DNA of 15,028 bases from Promethearchaeia archaeon (lineage in GTDB: Archaea > Asgardarchaeota > Lokiarchaeia > Sigyniarchaeales > SOKP01), in contig JAWOCD010000026.1 in NCBI GenBank assembly GCA_046483985.1, forward strand, positions 1-15,028. The letters run 5' to 3'. How positions within the stretch are numbered: position 1 is the first letter of the stretch; every line of letters begins with the position of its first letter. This document shows, in pieces, positions 1 through 7,366 of this stretch. A program made the position numbers and the translations under genes. Under the pieces are notes generated by a model that did no database searches, was not told where the DNA came from, and saw nothing but the letters and a program-made list of their open reading frames with translations.

Positions 1-1
1 T

Positions 2-226
2 GACGAATTTTGCGCTTGCCTTTTTACTCTCGTTGTGAGGGATAATGAACTAATGTTTACAGACGAGGATGTTTCCGATTTCTGGTTTACTGAGAAGTCG
101 GAAAGTGGAGTCTTAGAGTTCATTAAAGAGATAGAAAAGGAAGTCGGAAAAAGGCACCTAAGATATTGGGTAAGTAATGGAAAAGAGCAAGTAAAGCTAT
201 ATAAAATCTTGGAGGAGGGTAATTAG
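2..226 (+). CDS. Hypothetical protein, 5'-truncated by window edge
   Basis: Frame 2 is open from base 2 (DEFCACLFTLVVRDNEL...), so the GTG at 35 is probably not the real start. It ends ...EEGN and abuts the next ATG. Confidence 0.75.
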   Translation, partial: DEFCACLFTLVVRDNELMFTDEDVSDFWFTEKSESGVLEFIKEIEKEVGKRHLRYWVSNGKEQVKLYKILEEGN

Positions 227-637
227 ATGCCTAATTATGAGTATTTGAGAGAAAATGTGTTCACGAAAGAGAAAGCTAAAGATTTTTTTAGGCTCGAGGA
301 GCGAGAAAGATATGAAATCTATAAGACTGACACCGATACAATACATATTATCTATGAAGATGATTATGGAGAGAGTATCTTTGTAAGCATCTTCATTGAT
401 GCTTTAGAAAATGGGGAATGGAAAACATCAACGATTGACTGGTGCTGTGTTGCAGAAATTATATTAGATGAGGGAGATTTTAAAGCTTTCAGAAAATTCA
501 AGGGCGGGGAATTAGAGTGCACATTATGCAATAATAAAGTAAGTGAGCATGATCTCTGTACGGAAAAAAACGGTCATAAGCTTTATATTTGCCGAGATTG
601 CAAAACCAATATTATCAGTATGGAGGAGGATGACTAA
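227..637 (+). CDS. Hypothetical acidic protein with C-terminal zinc finger (CTLC-x19-CRDC)
   Basis: GGAGGAGG SD at 211-218, ATG directly after the upstream TAG, two CxxC pairs. Confidence 0.85.
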   Translation: MPNYEYLRENVFTKEKAKDFFRLEERERYEIYKTDTDTIHIIYEDDYGESIFVSIFIDALENGEWKTSTIDWCCVAEIILDEGDFKAFRKFKGGELECTLCNNKVSEHDLCTEKNGHKLYICRDCKTNIISMEEDD

Positions 638-639
638 AA

Positions 640-1053
640 ATGATAGGGAACAAGAAAAAACATCTAAAAGGATTAGCAAAGGAGCAAAAGCAAGAAATGA
701 AATACCTCAGAGAATTATATAGTGAATCGGTGTTAAAATGGCTTAATGTGTTAAAAATGACTCATCAAGGAAAAACGGTTGAGACGCTATATTATGCAAA
801 ACAGAAATGTGCGTTTTGCCGTGAAGTAGATAAAGATCTCTATGGAGATTGTAATGATTGTTTAATCAAACATGATATATGTTATATATTAGAAGATAAA
901 AATGATGACCGCGGTTTAGTGGGGGAGTGTTACAAGGTATTAGAAGAGTGGAGTACGTGTCAAGAGACGATAGATTCTGTTTATGAATCAATTCGCAAGA
1001 TATTAGTTGCGCTGAGAAAGGAATGGAGGGATAATAAGGATGCAAGTAAGTGA
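640..1053 (+). CDS. Hypothetical Cys-rich protein (CAFC...CNDC...C)
   Basis: GGAGGAGG SD at 622-629, 137-aa ORF, Cys cluster typical of small viral proteins. Confidence 0.8.
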   Translation: MIGNKKKHLKGLAKEQKQEMKYLRELYSESVLKWLNVLKMTHQGKTVETLYYAKQKCAFCREVDKDLYGDCNDCLIKHDICYILEDKNDDRGLVGECYKVLEEWSTCQETIDSVYESIRKILVALRKEWRDNKDASK

Positions 1054-1285
1054 GATTGATAACTTAGCTAAGATCTTAGACGCGCTGCACCATTACTGGT
1101 TTGTAAAAGGAGTTATTAGCGATAAGATGATGAGCAAGGCGCTCTTTAAGTTAGAGCATAGACAAAATCCCTTTTTAGATGAGGATTTTGTAAGAAATCT
1201 GCGGGAAAATGCTGCTAAGAAAAATTATCAGATCAATCATGATGCGTTTTACGTTAAATTAGCAAATGATGAGGAGGGTAACTAA
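1040..1285 (+). CDS. Hypothetical protein
   Basis: GGAGG SD upstream, overlaps the previous stop, ends ...EEGN like the first ORF. Confidence 0.75.
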   Translation: MQVSEIDNLAKILDALHHYWFVKGVISDKMMSKALFKLEHRQNPFLDEDFVRNLRENAAKKNYQINHDAFYVKLANDEEGN

Positions 1286-1425
1286 TGAGCAAGGAAAATA
1301 TGCTGCAAGACTACCTTCTACATCTTGAAGAGAAGGTTAAGAAATTAGAAAAGCAAAATCGTTACTTGAAAAAGGCGGGAATTGCGGTCGTTAAGTTCCT
1401 GAAAAACGGAGGTGCAAGAAAGTGA
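1285..1425 (+). CDS. Small coiled-coil protein, 46 aa (MSKENMLQDYLLHLEEKVKKLEKQNRYLKKAGIAVVKFLKNGGARK); not in the supplied ORF track
   Basis: Hand-translated. GAGGAGG SD at 1271-1277, TAATG overlap upstream, GTGA overlap downstream; it fills the gap exactly. Confidence 0.75.
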   Translation: MSKENMLQDYLLHLEEKVKKLEKQNRYLKKAGIAVVKFLKNGGARK

Positions 1426-1994
1426 GCGAAGGCGAATTAGAGATCAGTAATCCAAAAGCATTTAATCCGCTCTTGAGATATATTAGAGAAGATATCAATC
1501 CAAAAACATTTAAGAATTATCATTATGTCGTGGAGGAGGATTTCTTCGAGGAGGAGTGGAATGGCATTACAGGGTTATTTAATTGCTCGCACACAGTATT
1601 CGTGTGTAAGACAAAAGACGTGCAAGATAAAATAGAGAAAGCAGAGGAAATTAATTGCGCGCAAATGGGTTATGCAGATACTCATTTTAATATACAGGGG
1701 ATCGATGGAGATTACGAGCGAAATTTCGTTTATTTCGCTCTGCGAGTGACTGGAGTGAAGGATGCGCAATTTTGTTTTCAAGGTGCTAAAAATAGAAACT
1801 ACGAGCAAGGGCTCTTGATAGTACATAATGATAAGTTCTGTATTTTTATTGCGCCGCGGTTAGACGTTATAGAATGGCGGAGGTGTGAGTGCTGTGGGAT
1901 TTATATTGATGCAGATACAATGTGGTGGAAAGTTAAGCAAGTATGCCCGCGGTGCGGAGCAACAAAATGGAGGGACCTTTTCGATGGTGAATAA
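1422..1994 (+). CDS. Hypothetical protein with sliding-clamp-like 'LLIVHNDKFCIFIAPR' motif and C-terminal Zn ribbon (CECC...CPRC)
   Basis: GGAGGTG SD, GTG start coupled to the upstream TGA. The clamp similarity is motif-level inference only. Confidence 0.8.
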   Translation: MSEGELEISNPKAFNPLLRYIREDINPKTFKNYHYVVEEDFFEEEWNGITGLFNCSHTVFVCKTKDVQDKIEKAEEINCAQMGYADTHFNIQGIDGDYERNFVYFALRVTGVKDAQFCFQGAKNRNYEQGLLIVHNDKFCIFIAPRLDVIEWRRCECCGIYIDADTMWWKVKQVCPRCGATKWRDLFDGE

Positions 1995-2009
1995 CGGAGG
2001 CGGTTTTAA

Positions 2010-2468
2010 ATGAGGTTTCATTGGGAATATAATAAGAAGAGAGCCATTTCTTTGGGATGGGGGCGTGTGGTTGCAGTAGGTGATCGGGATAATAACTCTC
2101 TTAATGAATCTCTTAAGTGTTTTATAAATGAGGAAATAGATATTCTCGATTTAATTTTAGAGTTAAATAATCAATCCGATCCTGATATTCTTAAAATAAA
2201 TAAAAGGAAATTTTATAGACCTCTGATAAAATATTTTCTCAAGATCCTTGGGGACCAAACCGAGATCTTCGTTCCTAAAAAGCATAGTCCATTATTTATG
2301 AAAAACTCACGGTATATAATCGCTATTGCGCCAAGAGCGTTAAAAGAGGAGGAGGAAAGGGGAAGCAAATGGTTTTTAAATAATTATAAAAACATAACGG
2401 GTTGTAAATGTCCATCTCTGGTTAAGATAATCAGAGAAAGACATGAGAGGGGAGGATTCATCAGATGA
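2010..2468 (+). CDS. Hypothetical protein with sliding-clamp-like 'SPLFMKNSRYIIAIAPR' motif
   Basis: GGAGGCGG SD at about 1996, 152-aa ORF, shares the IAPR motif with the preceding gene. Confidence 0.8.
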   Translation: MRFHWEYNKKRAISLGWGRVVAVGDRDNNSLNESLKCFINEEIDILDLILELNNQSDPDILKINKRKFYRPLIKYFLKILGDQTEIFVPKKHSPLFMKNSRYIIAIAPRALKEEEERGSKWFLNNYKNITGCKCPSLVKIIRERHERGGFIR

Positions 2469-2650
2469 CGAACAATTTTCTCGATTGGCAGCAGCAATTC
2501 AAAAATAAGCATTGGGATAAAACGCACTGTAATACCAATTATAATACAAATTTTTATTTTTTTAACTCAAAAGCAGCAAAAAGATTGATCAAAAAATGGA
2601 GAAATGAATTATTAGAGGAGATGAAAAATGATAAAAATCAAGAAAGATGA
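2465..2650 (+). CDS. Hypothetical protein
   Basis: GGAGG SD, ATGA overlap with the previous gene. Confidence 0.6.
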   Translation: MTNNFLDWQQQFKNKHWDKTHCNTNYNTNFYFFNSKAAKRLIKKWRNELLEEMKNDKNQER

Positions 2651-2846
2651 ATTTATCGAGATTCTAAGCGAGGTAAACGGGCTGCGCGGAGATTTAGAGT
2701 TTAGTGGAAGTGAGTTAGAGGAAGATGCACGGAAGTTGCATAAGCATTTGTTTAGGTTTTGGGTAAAACAAGTATGGGAGAGGGATTACGAAGATTGGAA
2801 AAAAAGTATGCAAAAAGAATGTAATTCGCAGCATTCTGAGGGGTAA
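2628..2846 (+). CDS. Hypothetical protein
   Basis: GAGGAG SD, 72-aa helical-looking ORF. Confidence 0.7.
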   Translation: MIKIKKDEFIEILSEVNGLRGDLEFSGSELEEDARKLHKHLFRFWVKQVWERDYEDWKKSMQKECNSQHSEG

Positions 2847-2901
2847 ACTTCAGAGTGTGTCGAATTATATTTTCTAAAATTTAAGATTTAGGAGGAAAAA
2901 T

Positions 2902-3111
2902 ATGAAAAGTATAACAATAAATCTTGCTGAAGCATACGTGAACGCAATAAAATCGCTCACTGATTTGGGAATATATCCTTCGAGAAGTGAGGCGGTCCGC
3001 GTTGCGCTCAGCGAGTTTCTGCAAGATGAAATTAAACTATTAGATGAACTAAACTCGGAGGTTGCCGAATCCTTTTTTAAATCGGCGCTGAGAGAGCGAG
3101 GTGAGAATTAG
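2902..3111 (+). CDS. Ribbon-helix-helix (CopG/Arc/MetJ-type) transcriptional regulator
   Basis: N-terminal alternating beta-strand KSITINL, helix, then GIYPSRSEAVRVALSEFL, a canonical RHH pattern. GGAGG SD. Confidence 0.9.
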   Translation: MKSITINLAEAYVNAIKSLTDLGIYPSRSEAVRVALSEFLQDEIKLLDELNSEVAESFFKSALRERGEN

Positions 3112-3112
3112 A

Positions 3113-3406
3113 ATGCGAATTGTAACTGTAAATGTGCCAGAATCATATATTGACGCGATGAAGAAGCTTGTCGGAGATAACGGTTTTTATCCCTCGCGAA
3201 GTGAATTGATTAGAGTAGCGGTCAGAAAATTTATTATTAGGGAATTAGAGTCGGCAAAACAATTAGTAAAATACGGTGTAATCGAGGATGAGGATAACGA
3301 ATTAGAGGATGAGGATTTTGTCAGGGTGCCAATATCAAAGAAAAATGAAAATAATGAAGAGGTCCGCGAATTTGAGACCTTTAAGATCGTGGAGAGGTTA
3401 AGGTGA
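3113..3406 (+). CDS. Ribbon-helix-helix transcriptional regulator with acidic C-terminal extension
   Basis: MRIVTVNVPESYIDAMKKLV...YPSRSELIRVAVRKFI. ATG 3113 is preferred over GTG 3101 because the GAGGTGA SD lies at 3098-3104. Confidence 0.9.
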   Translation: MRIVTVNVPESYIDAMKKLVGDNGFYPSRSELIRVAVRKFIIRELESAKQLVKYGVIEDEDNELEDEDFVRVPISKKNENNEEVREFETFKIVERLR

Positions 3407-3412
3407 AATAAA

Positions 3413-3961
3413 TTGAACTGGAAAGATTTAGGGAGTTATAAAAAGATCTTAGTTGTCGATCTTGAGACCGACGGACTTAATCCAAGCTCAGATCGGATTG
3501 TCGAGATTGGGATCGCTAGCTTGGACGCAAGTACATTAGAGATAAGCGAAGAATACTCAAACTTGATTAAGGATAAATATTTGAATGCAGAGGCGTGGAT
3601 TTTTGAGAATACCGATCTTACGAAAGAAAAAGTGTTATCTGCAGGAAAAAGATTTGAAAAAATTGAATCGGAAATACAAAAATTATTCAATCAATTTCCT
3701 GCATGCGCGTATAATGCAAAGTTCGATTTTGGATTTCTCAAATCGTATGGAATTCGTATCGAAAATACAATATTTGATCCGATGCCTATTATGCGCGATC
3801 ATCTTAAAATCCCGCATTGGAAATACGGATTCAAACTTCCAAGTGTTCAAGAATGCTTGGATTATCTCGGTATTAAGAAGCAAGAGCCGCACCGCGCACT
3901 TAGGGATGCAATGCTTGAAGCTGAAATTATAAAACAAATGATTAAAGAGGGGATCGTGTAA
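3413..3961 (+). CDS. DEDDh 3'-5' exonuclease (DnaQ/PolIII epsilon-like)
   Basis: ExoI VVDLETDG, ExoII AYNAKFDFGFL, ExoIII HRALRDA. AGGTGA SD and TTG start. Confidence 0.93.
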   Translation: MNWKDLGSYKKILVVDLETDGLNPSSDRIVEIGIASLDASTLEISEEYSNLIKDKYLNAEAWIFENTDLTKEKVLSAGKRFEKIESEIQKLFNQFPACAYNAKFDFGFLKSYGIRIENTIFDPMPIMRDHLKIPHWKYGFKLPSVQECLDYLGIKKQEPHRALRDAMLEAEIIKQMIKEGIV

Positions 3962-4191
3962 TGAATATTAAGATTGATGGAGATCCTGATAAGATTAAGG
4001 AGAACCAGTATTTTATCGAGACAATCATTGAGATCTTTAAGACCTGCAAAAACAGTAAAGAGTTCATCACGCGTATAAATAAATTAGTCAACGAGAAAAA
4101 TGGATTTATAAAAGTAAAAAAAGACGGGAAAACGATTATTGACACTGAAAAAAATATATATACGAAATTGGAGGCGGAGCGAGAAGGATGA
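3961..4191 (+). CDS. Hypothetical protein
   Basis: TAATG coupling; ends in the repeated junction peptide EAEREG. Confidence 0.75.
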   Translation: MNIKIDGDPDKIKENQYFIETIIEIFKTCKNSKEFITRINKLVNEKNGFIKVKKDGKTIIDTEKNIYTKLEAEREG

Positions 4192-4610
4192 CCGATTGTA
4201 AAGAAGATATAGATTTGATCTGGTTGATCGAGAAGTTTGATTATGCGCTGCAGTCTCATTTTCCGTTTGCCTATACAGAATCCCGGGAAAAAGCAGAGCA
4301 ATTACTTATGGAAGAGGATACGGGATTTAACGAGTTCCGAGTGAGGAAAGTCAAAACACTAAAGGAGGTGGAGCGAGAGAGATTTAAGACGATGAGTTTA
4401 GAGGAGAAATACGAGCAAGGCATTGATCTTCAAGATGGAGAAATTAGGCTTATACTTGCTTGTAATCAAGATTTTTACCGACAAACCGGAGGAATTCCAA
4501 TTCGAAATAGAAAATATACAGAGACTTTCAAACAATGGCTAAGAGAAGAGAGAGGGTGGAACAGATTAGTAGATTATATAGAAAAGAAGGAGGCTGAGAG
4601 AGAAGAATGA
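4188..4610 (+). CDS. Hypothetical protein (possibly a fusion of two cassettes)
   Basis: Starts MTDCK, ends EAEREE. Contains an internal junction-like copy (KEVERER..M) with an in-frame ATG at 4392. Confidence 0.8.
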   Translation: MTDCKEDIDLIWLIEKFDYALQSHFPFAYTESREKAEQLLMEEDTGFNEFRVRKVKTLKEVERERFKTMSLEEKYEQGIDLQDGEIRLILACNQDFYRQTGGIPIRNRKYTETFKQWLREERGWNRLVDYIEKKEAEREE

Positions 4611-4753
4611 CCGATTGTAAATACTCTGAGTTCGAGAAAGCTGCGGGAGAGGTACTCTGTGGACATCCAAGAAATGTAGTAGGCCTCTGTCGGTTATATT
4701 GCTGTCCGTTTATATTAAAACTACAAAAGGAGGCGGAGCGAGAAAATGACTAA
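4607..4753 (+). CDS. Small Cys-rich protein, 48 aa (MTDCKYSEFEKAAGEVLCGHPRNVVGLCRLYCCPFILKLQKEAEREND); not in the supplied ORF track
   Basis: Hand-translated. Shares its start (MTDCK) and end (EAERE) with its neighbours; SD and ATGA overlap. Confidence 0.8.
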   Translation: MTDCKYSEFEKAAGEVLCGHPRNVVGLCRLYCCPFILKLQKEAEREND

Positions 4754-5105
4754 AATACAACAGAAATTGAGAAGGATGAGTAACTCTAAAATGGAACACT
4801 ATCAATTCTCCAGCTCATTAAGTACTTGTAAATCTTGCGGCACAGAAATCACCACTCAAAATCGCTTTAGCAATCTACCATGTAACCACTATTGCTGTCA
4901 TTGCTGCTCACATAAAGAAGAGTTACCATGTCCAAGAGAAAAAGAGTTTGGAACTATCTTAGATAATATTAAATCCAATACAAGAGAGCAAATTCTAAAA
5001 GCAATTGATCGAAAGAAGATTTTCATCGGTTATATGATGCTCTGTAGATATCTGAAAGGAAGTAAAAAGACATGCCTAGAAAACACATACAGAACGGATT
5101 ATTAA
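4746..5105 (+). CDS. Cys/His-rich zinc-finger-like hypothetical protein (CKSC...CNHYCCHCC...C)
   Basis: SD within the junction repeat; dense Cys/His cluster. Confidence 0.7.
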   Translation: MTKIQQKLRRMSNSKMEHYQFSSSLSTCKSCGTEITTQNRFSNLPCNHYCCHCCSHKEELPCPREKEFGTILDNIKSNTREQILKAIDRKKIFIGYMMLCRYLKGSKKTCLENTYRTDY

Positions 5106-5126
5106 AGAGGAGGTCAAACAAAAAGA

Positions 5127-5894
5127 ATGAATAAAACCACAATTCAGAAAATTCTCAAAACTTTAGGAATTAAACGAGGGACCATGTACGACGACGCCAT
5201 CCAGAGACTCAATTTTCATGTGGGTTGTAAATTCAAATGTAAATATTGCGCGCCGACATTTCAGAGACAAATGAAACGACAAAAACAAAACTGTATAGAC
5301 TGTTATCATTATGTTCCACATCTTCATTTAGACCGTTTAGAGGATTATCTGGATCATACGACAGGGGATGAATTCATTTGGTTAGGCGCTTCAGGCGATA
5401 TCAGTTTTTGCCCAAAAGACGCGATGCGAGAAGCAGTTAAGGTAACTAAAAGGAATCAAGACCGGACATTCTTTTTTCAGACAAAAAATCCCTCATATTT
5501 TCACGGATTTAAGTTTCCGGATAATGTGCTGCTCTGTATCACATTGGAAACAGACAAAGATCATATCGCAAGGCAAGTTTCCTTGGCCCCAGCACCGAGC
5601 AAACGCATAAAAGATTTCAAAGAGTTAGACCACCCTCATAAAGTCATAACAATCGAACCGATTATGACGTTTCACTTGAAAAAAATGAAACAGATTATTC
5701 TCGATAAGATTAAACCGGAACGGGTTTACATTGGTTATGATTCGCATCCAGACTATTCCAATCTAATCGAACCGCGGTTAGAAAAAACATTAGCATTGAT
5801 CAAAGCAATCTCAAAGCATACAAACGTAAAAACAAAAGAGATCCGCTTTCCGCACCAACATCAAGTTAATTTAACACAATGGGGTGTCAACTAA
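5127..5894 (+). CDS. Radical SAM protein, DUF5131 / phage Gp37-Gp68 / SPL-like, with C-terminal PIP-box-like QVNLTQWG
   Basis: GCKFKCKYC (CxxxCxxC), FFFQTKNP, ITLET, VITIEPIM and VYIG motifs. GAGGAGGT SD. Confidence 0.88.
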   Translation: MNKTTIQKILKTLGIKRGTMYDDAIQRLNFHVGCKFKCKYCAPTFQRQMKRQKQNCIDCYHYVPHLHLDRLEDYLDHTTGDEFIWLGASGDISFCPKDAMREAVKVTKRNQDRTFFFQTKNPSYFHGFKFPDNVLLCITLETDKDHIARQVSLAPAPSKRIKDFKELDHPHKVITIEPIMTFHLKKMKQIILDKIKPERVYIGYDSHPDYSNLIEPRLEKTLALIKAISKHTNVKTKEIRFPHQHQVNLTQWGVN

Positions 5895-6339
5895 AATGAA
5901 CCAGAATTTTTCATTTTCCTCTAAATTTGGAAAAGCATACGTCGCAGCAATTCGCTCAGGAAGAAAAGATATGACGAATCGATTTGCGTCTGAATTCAGA
6001 GCAAAATGTAAAATTAATGATCTTATGCATTGTTTTTTAGACCTTCGTTCCGAAAACAGAAAAAGATTATTTGATGTCCCGGTCCAGAGGAGGATCTTAT
6101 GGTTTGTTGATGATATGCCTCAGCCAGAGGTCGCACATGAAGTCATGTCACCGCGATACTCGTTTAGTTGGAGGGATTTTGCAATTAAGGACGGCCTTTC
6201 AACATATACAGAATTTTACGAATATTTTCAAAACCACAAAAAGGGCAAAAAGTTCTTTTGTTTCATCTGGGACCCTGCGCAACGTCTAAAAAAAATTACT
6301 TTAATGCGATTTATAAAAAAAAAGAAGAAGATTATATAA
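5884..6339 (+). CDS. ASCH (PUA-like) domain protein
   Basis: AIRSGRKDMTNR matches the ASCH GxKxxTxR signature, plus the C-terminal FAIKDGLSTYTEFYEYF helix motif. The start could be ATG 5896. Confidence 0.82.
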   Translation: MSTKMNQNFSFSSKFGKAYVAAIRSGRKDMTNRFASEFRAKCKINDLMHCFLDLRSENRKRLFDVPVQRRILWFVDDMPQPEVAHEVMSPRYSFSWRDFAIKDGLSTYTEFYEYFQNHKKGKKFFCFIWDPAQRLKKITLMRFIKKKKKII

Positions 6340-6348
6340 AAAAATAAA

Positions 6349-7029
6349 ATGACGGAAACAAAAAACAAGATTGATAAATCAACCCAGTGGTGGGAAGATA
6401 AACCATTTGGCGCCCCGTGTTCTCAATGTCGAAAAGCACCGATGCGACATGTTGGGCTCTATACTGAAGAATGTCCGCGATGCGGCCATTATTATGTTTA
6501 TGATTTTATTAACGATACCGTGAAAGAAGAAGGATTTCGGAACCATTTCTGTGAGCAAGGAGAGGTGTTAGTATTAACAAATTGTAGTAAATCGAAAGCA
6601 AACTCGCCGTGTCAAGCAAAAGCGCTGTACCAAGGCCACATCTTTCAAAAGGCACTAAAATTAGCAAACCGATTTAAGTTTGATTTTTATATAATCAGCG
6701 CAAAATACGGCTTTCTTTCAGGTGAAGCCAAAATTGCACCGTATGATAATGAAATAGTTACAAAATCAGATAAGGACAACTTGCGAGAGCAAATCACCGA
6801 CGAATTTATACAACATATTCAAACCTATAAAACGATTATCTTGGCGATGGGTAAAAAATATCGGGAAGTCATAAAACCATTGCTAAAACATAGCGATGCC
6901 CGAATATTATCTGTAAGTAGTAAGAAAGGGTACGGAGGGTATCTTCGTAAATTAGACAAACTCATAACTATGGACCCTATTAATTTTAAGAAACTTATTC
7001 TAAAACGAGGCGGTGAGAGCGATAAATAA
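6349..7029 (+). CDS. DUF6884-like protein with N-terminal Zn ribbon
   Basis: LTNCSKSK...AKALYQGHIF...FYIISAKYGFL...IAPYD...MGKKY is the DUF6884/YaaA-related pattern. N-terminal CSQC...CPRC. Confidence 0.8.
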   Translation: MTETKNKIDKSTQWWEDKPFGAPCSQCRKAPMRHVGLYTEECPRCGHYYVYDFINDTVKEEGFRNHFCEQGEVLVLTNCSKSKANSPCQAKALYQGHIFQKALKLANRFKFDFYIISAKYGFLSGEAKIAPYDNEIVTKSDKDNLREQITDEFIQHIQTYKTIILAMGKKYREVIKPLLKHSDARILSVSSKKGYGGYLRKLDKLITMDPINFKKLILKRGGESDK

Positions 7030-7366
7030 GAAAAGAAATACGGGGGCGTTGGATTCATTTTTATCTAAAAAGACGTACCCCAAAAAGACACAGCCACACA
7101 GAATAAAGGTCCCACCACAACTGAAACAAGTAAACTGTGAGAAATGCGCGTATTATCAAGGAATATATTGTCCACGTTGCATGTGCGTATATAAATATCT
7201 AATCCGACACATACGAGGTGTTGAGAGGTTAGAGGGGTCCTCGAAGGACCTCAAACTTATCAGAGAGTTTGAAAAATTAGGTTTTCAAGTCGATTGGGAA
7301 GATACCCGGTATGACTTGAAAAAAATTACAAAAATAACCATTCCGGAGGAAGAGTATGAAAGATAA
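7013..7366 (+). CDS. Zinc-finger hypothetical protein (CEKC...CPRC) with N-terminal PIP-like TGALDSFL
   Basis: Fills the gap between coupled genes; Cys cluster. The exact start is uncertain. Confidence 0.7.
   Translation: MRAINKKRNTGALDSFLSKKTYPKKTQPHRIKVPPQLKQVNCEKCAYYQGIYCPRCMCVYKYLIRHIRGVERLEGSSKDLKLIREFEKLGFQVDWEDTRYDLKKITKITIPEEEYER

Larger units (their letters stand above)
4170..4757 (+). repeat. Gene-junction direct repeats GGAGGCGGAGCGAGAA(G/A)..ATGAC (copies at 4170-4202, 4364-4380 partial, 4589-4621, 4729-4750)
   Basis: 4170-4202 GGAGGCGGAGCGAGAAGGATGACCGATTGTAAA and 4589-4621 GGAGGCTGAGAGAGAAGAATGACCGATTGTAAA match at 30/33 nt. Confidence 0.9.

Noticed and set aside
4170-4757. 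Junction repeats as a CRISPR or mini-CRISPR array
   Set aside because: Spacing is irregular (140-225 nt), the intervening sequences are intact genes, the repeats are non-palindromic SD/start regions, and no cas genes are present.
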